Below, in pieces: positions 8,498-16,069 of a stretch of DNA of 32,377 bases. Within the stretch, counting starts at the first letter, position 1; every line of letters begins with the position of its first letter. The notes under the pieces were generated by a model. That model saw nothing but the letters and a program-made list of their open reading frames with translations, had not been told where the DNA came from and did not search any database. Source of the DNA: Bacteroidia bacterium (GTDB lineage: Bacteria; Bacteroidota; Bacteroidia; M30B66); the NCBI GenBank assembly GCA_964201695.1, contig CAXNGM010000001.1, forward strand, positions 1-32,377, given 5' to 3'. The position numbers were made by a program, and so were the translations under genes.

Positions 8498-11143
8498 ATG
8501 AAGCAACTTCAACCTCTCAAGGCGTTTAAATTGGGCATTTTTTTCGCCTTTATATTCCTAATCTCATTATCTTCTTTGGTAAATGCGCAGAAAGCCGATC
8601 CATTTCAGGTAACCCAAAAAGTACCCATTAGCGCTGAAGTTTATGGAAATTTGAAAGCGCAAGGGAAACTCAATCCAAAAGCAAACTATATAATTAGTCA
8701 GCCAGTTAAATCGGGTGTTTTATCTCATAAAAATGTCATTAGTTCAGGCAAAAAATCGAGAGTACTTACCTCGCCACCTTGTGGTTACATTGCTACTGAT
8801 GATTTTCAAGATCCTTGGGGTGGTGATGTTTATTTCGATGATTCTCCTCCCGCTGGAGAATTTTCAGTGCCTATTCCGTTCGATTTCTGTTTTTACGGAA
8901 CGACTTACAACAACTTTATCATCAATAACAATGGAATTATTACGTTCGATGCTCAATACACGACCTTCACCTCGAATGCTTTCCCAGACGCAACCATTCC
9001 AGCTATGATTGCTCCTTTTTGGGGTGATGTAGATTCCGGTTCGCCCGCCAATCCACTCGGACAGGTGCGTTACGATGTGTATCCAGAATATGCAGTAGTT
9101 TCTTGGGATACAGTGGCTGTTTTTAACGAACAAGCAAACTTGAGAAATACCTTTCAGGTAATTATTTCTAACGGAACCAGCCCTGTGCTTCCAGCAGGTT
9201 CTAACATCGCCTTTATTTATGGAGAAATGCAATGGACAACTGGCGATGCTTCCCAAGGGACAGATGGTTTTGGAGGAACGCCAGCGACGGTTGGTGTTAA
9301 TCGTGGCGATGGTGTTGATTATATTCAATTAGGCCGTTTCGATGCCGAAGGAACAAATTACGATGGTCCTTTTGGAAACAACGACCAAGTGAGTTTCCTA
9401 GACAATACCATTTTCTTTTTCAATACTTGTTTGCAACCCGGATCTCAAAACAACATTGCCCCTATTGCTATTGGCGCTCCATTGTGCGATACTATTACGG
9501 TTTGTGTAGGATCCGATTATGCCTTAGATTTCAATTTCATTCCAGTTGAACCCGACCAGACGGTGGGAGCAGAGTTAATCACAACTGCAGTTCCTGGACT
9601 TACGGTTTTGCCTTCCGTTCCTGGTGTTCAATGCAATGTTCTAGGTACCTTTACTGGTACAACGAGCAATTTAGGATATCAAACAATAACTTTTACAGCA
9701 ACTGATGATGGCATTCCAGCTGCGACATACACCATCGATTTAACATTTAATGTAATAGAAAGTGGGTTTGTACCAGAGATTTCAGGTGTTCCAAGTATTT
9801 GTAGTGGCGCATCAACATCGCTCTCTATTATTGGAGGAAGTTATGAAACGTATTCGTGGTCTCCTTTAAATCAAACAACACCAGCAATATCCGTTTCTGA
9901 TTCAGGATCCTATACAGTCACAGTTTCTGTAGGAGGTTGTATTGGTACTTCTCTTCCTTTCCAAGTTGGTGTTGAGAACTCTCCCACGCCATTTATCTTA
10001 GGTCAAGATACTGTGTGTAACACAGCTACAACTCAAATTTATACATCAGAACCCTATTTATCCTATATATGGTCTGTCCCATTTAATACGGATACTATTT
10101 CTGTTGGAAGTGGCGCCTACACAGTAACTGTAACCGATTCTACTGGTTGTTCCGGAACATCTCCCTCATATACAATTACCTCCGTTTCGGCCATTACACC
10201 TATTATTACCGGCGATGGTCATACCTGTTTTAATGAAACAGCTGCTATAAGCACTGCTTCAAATTACGTTTCTTATGCTTGGTCTGGAAACGCTGGAACA
10301 ACAAATCAGGTTAATGTTCCAGCTGGATCTTACACAGTTTCTGTGGTTGATTCTAATGGCTGTGCTGGAACATCCAATTCATTTATTATAACTAACTCGA
10401 CTCCAACTCCTATCATTGCCGATTATGTGCAATTTTGCCGTTACGATAGCATAGCATTAACCGTTCAAAATTTTGATGATTACCGTTGGGTTTACGCTAA
10501 TGATACTCTTAGTTCATCGGACACGCTTCTTTGGTGGGGTGGAGATGGCCAAAAATATACTGTAAGTGTTTTTGTAACAGACGCTTTTGGTTGTATTGGT
10601 TCTGATACGATCAATGCTCCATATACAAATCATCCAACAGCTAATTTCGTAACAAATCCCTCCACAATAACAACTTTCTTAAACACACCAATAACGTTCA
10701 GTGATGCATCAACAGCAATTACCAACGACCCATTAGATGCGTGGCAATGGGTTTTTGCACCTCCAAGCGCAAGTGATACTTTGTTAGGTTCTGTTCAAAC
10801 AGAAAACCTCGGCTCAATTGATTCGGTGAATGTTACCCTCATAATCACATCCGAAATTGGCTGTCGCGATACCATCTATAAAACAATCCATTCACCCTAT
10901 GTGCCGAATGCGTTTAGTCCAAACGGAGATGATAAAAACCAATACTTCAAGATTCCATTCTTAGTGAATGTTCCAGGAAATACGGTGATGGTATTTAATC
11001 GTTGGGGTATTAAAGTGTTTGAAGCAAACGATTATAAAAACGATTGGGCTGGTGATGATTTACCCTCAGGTACTTATTATTATGTTGTTGCTGCTCCTAA
11101 TTATACCACATTGAAAGGTTCTGTTAGCATTTTCAGAGATTAA
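8498..11143 (+). CDS. Large secreted protein: NIDO-like domain, four Cys-containing Ig-like repeats, a PKD-like segment and a T9SS type B (gliding motility-associated) C-terminal domain
   Basis: ATG 8498 gives MKQLQPLKAFKLGIFFAFIFLISLSSLVNAQ, a signal peptide; the track start 8456 is TTG. NIDO-like motifs are FYGTTYNNFIINNNGIITFD, IAPFWGDVD, NTFQVII, MQWTTGDAS and VGVNRGDG. The C-terminus VPNAFSPNGDDKNQYF...VFNRWGIKVFE...WAGDDLPSGTYYYVV matches the type B CTD pattern. Confidence 0.88.
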   Translation: MKQLQPLKAFKLGIFFAFIFLISLSSLVNAQKADPFQVTQKVPISAEVYGNLKAQGKLNPKANYIISQPVKSGVLSHKNVISSGKKSRVLTSPPCGYIATDDFQDPWGGDVYFDDSPPAGEFSVPIPFDFCFYGTTYNNFIINNNGIITFDAQYTTFTSNAFPDATIPAMIAPFWGDVDSGSPANPLGQVRYDVYPEYAVVSWDTVAVFNEQANLRNTFQVIISNGTSPVLPAGSNIAFIYGEMQWTTGDASQGTDGFGGTPATVGVNRGDGVDYIQLGRFDAEGTNYDGPFGNNDQVSFLDNTIFFFNTCLQPGSQNNIAPIAIGAPLCDTITVCVGSDYALDFNFIPVEPDQTVGAELITTAVPGLTVLPSVPGVQCNVLGTFTGTTSNLGYQTITFTATDDGIPAATYTIDLTFNVIESGFVPEISGVPSICSGASTSLSIIGGSYETYSWSPLNQTTPAISVSDSGSYTVTVSVGGCIGTSLPFQVGVENSPTPFILGQDTVCNTATTQIYTSEPYLSYIWSVPFNTDTISVGSGAYTVTVTDSTGCSGTSPSYTITSVSAITPIITGDGHTCFNETAAISTASNYVSYAWSGNAGTTNQVNVPAGSYTVSVVDSNGCAGTSNSFIITNSTPTPIIADYVQFCRYDSIALTVQNFDDYRWVYANDTLSSSDTLLWWGGDGQKYTVSVFVTDAFGCIGSDTINAPYTNHPTANFVTNPSTITTFLNTPITFSDASTAITNDPLDAWQWVFAPPSASDTLLGSVQTENLGSIDSVNVTLIITSEIGCRDTIYKTIHSPYVPNAFSPNGDDKNQYFKIPFLVNVPGNTVMVFNRWGIKVFEANDYKNDWAGDDLPSGTYYYVVAAPNYTTLKGSVSIFRD
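9770..10630 (+). repeat. Four tandem repeats of about 70 aa (about 210 nt) inside the T9SS cargo gene
   Basis: Repeat units start near 9770, 9983, 10193 and 10403. The shared pattern is C-x(13-14)-Y-x-W ... G-x-YTV-[ST]-V ... GC-x-G-[TS]. They are diverged at the DNA level. Confidence 0.6.
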
Positions 11144-11162
11144 AAAAATAGCATTTTAAGGA

Positions 11163-11197
11163 AAAGGGATTCAATTTTTATTGAATCCCTTTTTTTT
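11163..11197 (+). terminator. Rho-independent terminator after the T9SS cargo gene
   Basis: A 12-bp perfect stem (aaagggattcaa 11163-11174 with ttgaatcccttt 11181-11192) and a 6-nt loop. A run of 8 T (11190-11197) overlaps the stem base. Confidence 0.75.
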
Positions 11198-11219
11198 ATA
11201 ACTCTATTCAACTAAACCT

Positions 11220-11227
11220 TATTTTTG
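11220..11227 (+). promoter_or_regulatory. Candidate -7 promoter box TATTTTTG upstream of metF
   Basis: Exact TAnnTTTG match, 16 nt upstream of ATG 11244 and just downstream of the terminator. Confidence 0.35.
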
Positions 11228-11243
11228 CGACTTAATTTAACGA

Positions 11244-12197
11244 ATGAAAGTTACCGAACACATTGAAAAAGCAAAGGGAACCTTGTTTTCTTTCGAAGTT
11301 TTACCTTCATTAAAAGGTTGCGATATTCAAGATCTATACAATGGAATTGAACCCTTGATGGAATTTAATCCAAGCTTTATCAATGTCACATACCATCGGG
11401 AAGAGTTTATCTATAAGAAACTCACCAATGGCTTACATGAAAAAATACATGCACGTAAACGCCCCGGAACAGTGAGCATTTGCGCTGCTATCAAATACAA
11501 ATATGGAATTGATACCGTGCCGCATTTAATTTGTGGCGGTTTTACTTGCGACGATACCGAACTCGCTTTAATCGACATGCATTATTTGGGAATGGATAAT
11601 GTGTTGGCGCTTCGTGGCGATTCAGTGAAGGGCGATTCTCAGTTTATTCCCGAAAAAGGAGGTCATGCTTTTGCATCCACCTTGGTGAGTCAAATTAGCC
11701 AAATGAATAAAGGCCATTACCTTGACGACGAAATTGTAGAAGGAATCCCGACTGATTTTTGTGTTGGTGTAGCAGGTTACCCTGAAAAACATTTTGAAGC
11801 TCAGAATTTAAAATCAGATTTAAAACATCTGAAAGCAAAAGTGGATGCTGGTGCACATTACATCGTTACCCAAATGTTTTTCGATAACAAAAAGTATTTT
11901 GCATTTGTTGATGCATGTCGTAAAGCAGGAATCAACGTACCCATTATTCCAGGATTGAAACCTATTACAACGCAAAAACACATTTCATTTTTGCCTAAAA
12001 CATTTCACATCGATATGCCAGAGGCACTTGCCGACGAATTGGAGAAATGTAAAAACAATGAGCAGGTGAAGCAAGTGGGCATTGAATGGGGAATTCAACA
12101 ATCGAAGGAACTTATTGCAGCCGGAGTGCCTTGCATTCACTATTACACAATGGGGAAATCGGATGCGGTGAAGAAAATCGTTTCTTCCGCTTATTAA
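11244..12197 (+). CDS. metF: Methylenetetrahydrofolate reductase [NAD(P)H]
   Basis: 317 aa, beginning MKVTEHIEKAKGTLFSFEVLP, with INVTYH and YIVTQMFFDN segments characteristic of MetF/MTHFR. Confidence 0.93.
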   Translation: MKVTEHIEKAKGTLFSFEVLPSLKGCDIQDLYNGIEPLMEFNPSFINVTYHREEFIYKKLTNGLHEKIHARKRPGTVSICAAIKYKYGIDTVPHLICGGFTCDDTELALIDMHYLGMDNVLALRGDSVKGDSQFIPEKGGHAFASTLVSQISQMNKGHYLDDEIVEGIPTDFCVGVAGYPEKHFEAQNLKSDLKHLKAKVDAGAHYIVTQMFFDNKKYFAFVDACRKAGINVPIIPGLKPITTQKHISFLPKTFHIDMPEALADELEKCKNNEQVKQVGIEWGIQQSKELIAAGVPCIHYYTMGKSDAVKKIVSSAY

Positions 12198-13684
12198 TTA
12201 CCCAATCGTATCAAAACGGCTTTCCCATTCGATTGTCCAATTGTGTAAACAATCCGATTGCTCGGTTTGAAATACATGGATGGGAAAATGGGTCTTTCTA
12301 ACCATACCGTTTTCATCGTTAATTGCCCGTTGCCGTCCAACACGACTTCGTTTAATTGGCTTTTCTCAGTTCCAAGAAGCTTGTTGGTTTTCTGATTTAA
12401 CTCATTATAGAAAAATTTATGAATGCCCGATTGCCCTTCTAAATCAATAAAAGAAAGATTTAAGCCTTCATCATCTTGGGATTCTTGTTCCTTATTTATA
12501 GTTTGGTACCAATCTATTTCTGCTCCTTCATTAAAGGAAACAATTAAAATCTTGCCCGCTTTAAATTGGGTATGGCAAATTTCTAATCCTGTGCGATAAT
12601 CTGTTTCACAGACTTCTTCAGTGCTAATTTTCTCAGCAATAAGTAAAATCCCATCTTTCCCATTTGGAATAATTCGTTGTGTTTTATACCCTGAGAATTC
12701 TTCTACACCAACTTGCCTTTCTTCACCAATAAAACGCGACTTAAAATCACTATCAATTCGATGAATTCCTTTGGTTTCGATAGTCCCTTTCTCACGATTG
12801 ATCCGCAAAAAGAAAACGCTCGAAATTTGACTCTTCTTTTGAAATTCATCACGCATCAAACCCGAAATAAGTAATTTCTCACCTTTGCCAAGACTCATTT
12901 TTAAACTCGAAACTATTTTCCCAGGAATATCCAATTGGTATTCTAAAACTTCATCATTCATAACAGGAAAAGCAAAAACAGAATACACAACATCCAGCGA
13001 GTCATTCAATTTATTTCCTCTTAAAAGCAAATGTAAATTCCCATATTCATCAAGTAAAACATCCTCCATTTCAGGATTTTCTGCTTGAAAAGGAATTTGG
13101 ACACTTAGTTTTTTTATCTCCTGGAAGTTTCGATCAAAAACGTTAAGGTCAAGTCTCTGTGTTTTACTTTCTGAGGTTTCGTTTAAACTAACAACGGCTA
13201 AAATATCCTTCTTGCTATCACCAATAATATGAAATCGTTTTTTATTTATTTCGAAATGATTGGTTTCACTTGTTTGGAGTTGGATTTTCTTTCCAATCTT
13301 ACCTAAACTGTCGATGGTTAAATAACTTAAGGTGTTCGATTTATTCTGCTTGTCGAAGGAAGATCCAAATAAACAAAGTTGACCATTCCAGATGCGAATA
13401 TCTTCAGGATAAAATTCTTGTCTTCTTTCAAATAACCCATTTATTGGCCATGAATGTGTTAGTTTGAGACTCGTTGTATCGAATAATTCTATGCGAACGT
13501 CTTGAATAATTTGCTCCCGTTCATCTGCATTTGCTCGAACCAAAACACATGCATTTTTATAAAAGCCGGGCATGCAAATCGGATAGAAATCCTTTTCAAA
13601 AGAATACAATTCCCCTTGCTTTATTTGTTGTGCCGAAAGCGAAATACTGCAAACAAAAAAGGAAATGCAAATAATTAACCTCAT
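12194..13684 (-). CDS. Hypothetical secreted protein (496 aa)
   Basis: The N-terminus MRLIICISFFVCSISLSAQQ is signal-peptide-like. A long uninterrupted ORF whose ATG (13684-13682) overlaps the rlmN stop by 4 nt. I recognise no family. Confidence 0.75.
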   Translation of the reverse strand: MRLIICISFFVCSISLSAQQIKQGELYSFEKDFYPICMPGFYKNACVLVRANADEREQIIQDVRIELFDTTSLKLTHSWPINGLFERRQEFYPEDIRIWNGQLCLFGSSFDKQNKSNTLSYLTIDSLGKIGKKIQLQTSETNHFEINKKRFHIIGDSKKDILAVVSLNETSESKTQRLDLNVFDRNFQEIKKLSVQIPFQAENPEMEDVLLDEYGNLHLLLRGNKLNDSLDVVYSVFAFPVMNDEVLEYQLDIPGKIVSSLKMSLGKGEKLLISGLMRDEFQKKSQISSVFFLRINREKGTIETKGIHRIDSDFKSRFIGEERQVGVEEFSGYKTQRIIPNGKDGILLIAEKISTEEVCETDYRTGLEICHTQFKAGKILIVSFNEGAEIDWYQTINKEQESQDDEGLNLSFIDLEGQSGIHKFFYNELNQKTNKLLGTEKSQLNEVVLDGNGQLTMKTVWLERPIFPSMYFKPSNRIVYTIGQSNGKAVLIRLGN

Positions 13685-14757
13685 GCACTTACCTTCTTCT
13701 GAACATTTCCTGCAGAAGCATTTTTATTTGCAAGTTGACCACAGGCGGCATCAATATCTCTTCCACGACTTCTACGAACATTTACAATCACCCCTTTTTG
13801 TTCAAGAAAAGAAGTAAATCGGATCAATTGTTCATCGCTAGCTCGTTGAAATTCACCGTCATCAATTGGATTGTATTCTATGATATTCACTTTCGATGGA
13901 ACCTGTTTTACAAATGCAGCTAACTCCCTTGCATCGTCAATTGAATCATTGAAATCCTTAAATATAATATACTCCAATGTTGGACGAGTTCCGGTTTTCT
14001 CATTGAAATAGGTCAATGCATCAATCAATGCTTCCAGAGAATTGGAATCATTAATGGGCATTATTTTACTGCGTTTTTCATCGTTAGCGGCATGAAGCGA
14101 CAAAGCCAAATTGAATTTTACGCCATCATCTCCCAACTTTTTTATCATTTTCGATATCCCTGCAGTCGATACAGTAATACGTTGCGGTGACATGCCCAAA
14201 CCTTCTGGAGAAGTAATTTTTTCGATGCTCTCCAACACATTTTTATAATTGAGCAAAGGTTCTCCCATGCCCATATACACAATGTTTGAAAGTGGAATAT
14301 TGTAGTTTTCTTCACTCTGTTTCCGAATCGCAACTACCTGATCGTAAATCTCACCGGCCTCCAAATTTCTCAGTAATTTGAGTTTCCCAGTTGCACAAAA
14401 TTTACATGTTAAACTGCATCCAATTTGTGAGGAGATGCAAGCGGTCATTCGTGTTTTTGTTGGAATCAAAACGCCCTCCACAACGGGCCCGTCGTGTAAT
14501 TTGAATGCCGTTTTAATGGTTCTGTCCGAACTTTTCTGTGAACTGGCTACTTCAATTCCATGAATAAAAAAGTTCGTTTCCAATTGGCTTCGAAGCTCTT
14601 TACTGAGGTTTGTCATTTCGTCAAACGAATGCGCCGACTTTTTCCATAACCACTCAAAAACCTGCTTCGATCGAAATTTGGGTTGCTTTTGTTCTGAAAA
14701 CCATGTTTCCAAATCGGCGAATGACAATGTTCGAATGTCTTTTCGGGTTTCTTGCAT
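13681..14757 (-). CDS. rlmN: 23S rRNA (adenine2503-C2)/tRNA methyltransferase, radical SAM
   Basis: 358 aa with the CSLTCKFCATG radical-SAM Cx3Cx2C cluster motif, MGMGEPL, and the C-terminal DIDAACGQL typical of RlmN. Confidence 0.95.
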   Translation of the reverse strand: MQETRKDIRTLSFADLETWFSEQKQPKFRSKQVFEWLWKKSAHSFDEMTNLSKELRSQLETNFFIHGIEVASSQKSSDRTIKTAFKLHDGPVVEGVLIPTKTRMTACISSQIGCSLTCKFCATGKLKLLRNLEAGEIYDQVVAIRKQSEENYNIPLSNIVYMGMGEPLLNYKNVLESIEKITSPEGLGMSPQRITVSTAGISKMIKKLGDDGVKFNLALSLHAANDEKRSKIMPINDSNSLEALIDALTYFNEKTGTRPTLEYIIFKDFNDSIDDARELAAFVKQVPSKVNIIEYNPIDDGEFQRASDEQLIRFTSFLEQKGVIVNVRRSRGRDIDAACGQLANKNASAGNVQKKVSA

Positions 14758-14762
14758 ATTCG

Positions 14763-14770
14763 CAAAGATA
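14763..14770 (-). promoter_or_regulatory. Candidate -7 box (TATCTTTG on the minus strand) 5 nt upstream of the rlmN ATG
   Basis: Exact TAnnTTTG match on the minus strand. Only 14762-14758 separate it from ATG 14757, which predicts a leaderless or near-leaderless transcript. Confidence 0.3.
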
Positions 14771-14810
14771 TAACAAGCAGTTGGCTTATCGATTATTTAC
14801 CAAGCTCATG

Positions 14811-14818
14811 TACTTTTG
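14811..14818 (+). promoter_or_regulatory. Candidate -7 box TACTTTTG 4 nt upstream of the amidohydrolase ATG
   Basis: Exact TAnnTTTG match. ATG 14823 follows after 4 nt, which predicts a leaderless transcript. If ATG 14808 is the true start, the box lies inside the CDS and is meaningless. Confidence 0.25.
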
Positions 14819-14822
14819 TTGG

Positions 14823-16010
14823 ATGCGCCAAATTTCTTCCGATTGCATTTTCCCCGTTACTTCAGCTCCTGTAAAAAATGGAATCCTTCGTTTAACCGAT
14901 GATGCCAAGGTGATTGATATTTTAAAACCCGGTGATAAAGACTACGATTTAAGTGCTGCCGAAATTCATGAAGGTTGGCTTATCCCAGGATTAATCAATG
15001 CGCATTGCCATGTGGAACTTTCTCACTTGCAAAATACAGTCAAGGAGCATACCGGATTAGACGGATTTTTAGAAGAACTTATGTCGGTTCGGGAAGCGGA
15101 TGAATCGACAATTAAGCAAGCCATTGAGGAAGCAGATGCTGCAATGTGGAATAATGGAATCGTCGCAGTTGGCGATATTTCGAACGGTTTTGCAAGCTTT
15201 GCAACGAAAAACAAATCCCCAATTCGTTATCATACATTCATTGAACTTTATGGCCTAAATGCCACTAAGGCAGAATCCATCTTCTCGTCTGGGGAAAACC
15301 TACTCAATCAACTTATTAAAAATAAAAGCAATTTTTCCGGAAACATCAATCCACATGCGCCTTATTCAGTTTCCAATAAACTTCTAGATTTAATTTGTAA
15401 TCATGTTTCAGAAAAAGATGGGATTTTCTGTATTCATAATCAGGAGACCCAATCGGAAGAAGATTTCTTTAAGTCGGGCGAAGGAATCATGGTTAATCGA
15501 ATGCAAAAAATGGGCATCGATTTGAGCTCGTTTTCACCTACCGGAAAATCGTCCCTTCAATCGCTATTAAATTCGATGAATTTGCAGAAAAAAGTGATGC
15601 TCGTTCATAATACATTCTCCAATGAATCTGATATTATTGCGGCTGAAGCGTCGCTCGAGAATGTTTATTGGTGTTTGTGTCCATCAGCAAATCTTTATAT
15701 CGAAAACCGCCTACCATCAATTGATCTTTTTCGAAAACACTCAAATAAAATTGTCATCGGAACCGATAGTTTAGCATCCAATCACCAACTCGATTTAATT
15801 CGGGAAATGTATGTGCTTCAATCACATTTTAATGATTTAACCTCTGAAGAACTCATTGAATGGGGCACACTTAGAGGTGCTGAAATTCTAGGATTTGATA
15901 CTGATTTAGGTAGTTTCAGTGCAGGTAAAAACCCGGGCTGTGTGTTAATTAAACATGTTGACAAAAAAGGGGCAAAGTTTCTACCCGAAAGCTATGCGCG
16001 AATGATTTGA
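14823..16010 (+). CDS. Metal-dependent amidohydrolase family protein
   Basis: MRQISSDCIFPVTS... followed by GWLIPGLINAHCHVELSHL (HxH metal-binding motif) and a later GTDSLASN segment. The track start 14610 would overlap rlmN by 148 nt, so I prefer ATG 14823 (ATG 14808 is an alternative). Confidence 0.8.
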   Translation: MRQISSDCIFPVTSAPVKNGILRLTDDAKVIDILKPGDKDYDLSAAEIHEGWLIPGLINAHCHVELSHLQNTVKEHTGLDGFLEELMSVREADESTIKQAIEEADAAMWNNGIVAVGDISNGFASFATKNKSPIRYHTFIELYGLNATKAESIFSSGENLLNQLIKNKSNFSGNINPHAPYSVSNKLLDLICNHVSEKDGIFCIHNQETQSEEDFFKSGEGIMVNRMQKMGIDLSSFSPTGKSSLQSLLNSMNLQKKVMLVHNTFSNESDIIAAEASLENVYWCLCPSANLYIENRLPSIDLFRKHSNKIVIGTDSLASNHQLDLIREMYVLQSHFNDLTSEELIEWGTLRGAEILGFDTDLGSFSAGKNPGCVLIKHVDKKGAKFLPESYARMI

Positions 16011-16069
16011 TTGATTATACTTGCTTCTTGACTATATTCTGAAATTATAAGAGTATTTTCAAAGGTTAA

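Noticed and set aside
8864-9328. 154-aa antisense ORF inside the NIDO-domain region, and 8715-9008 (+) out of frame
   Set aside because: Both overlap the well-supported 8498-11143 CDS and have no independent start context or motifs.
12086-12301. 71-aa plus-strand ORF bridging the end of metF and the convergent gene
   Set aside because: It is out of frame with metF and antisense to the 496-aa ORF, and has no motifs. It is a shadow ORF.
14610-14822. The track's long N-terminal extension of the amidohydrolase ORF (alternative start at 14610)
   Set aside because: It would overlap the rlmN coding region by 148 nt on the opposite strand. The extension translates to non-homologous-looking sequence, and the family typically begins near MRQISSDCIFP... 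(ATG 14823).
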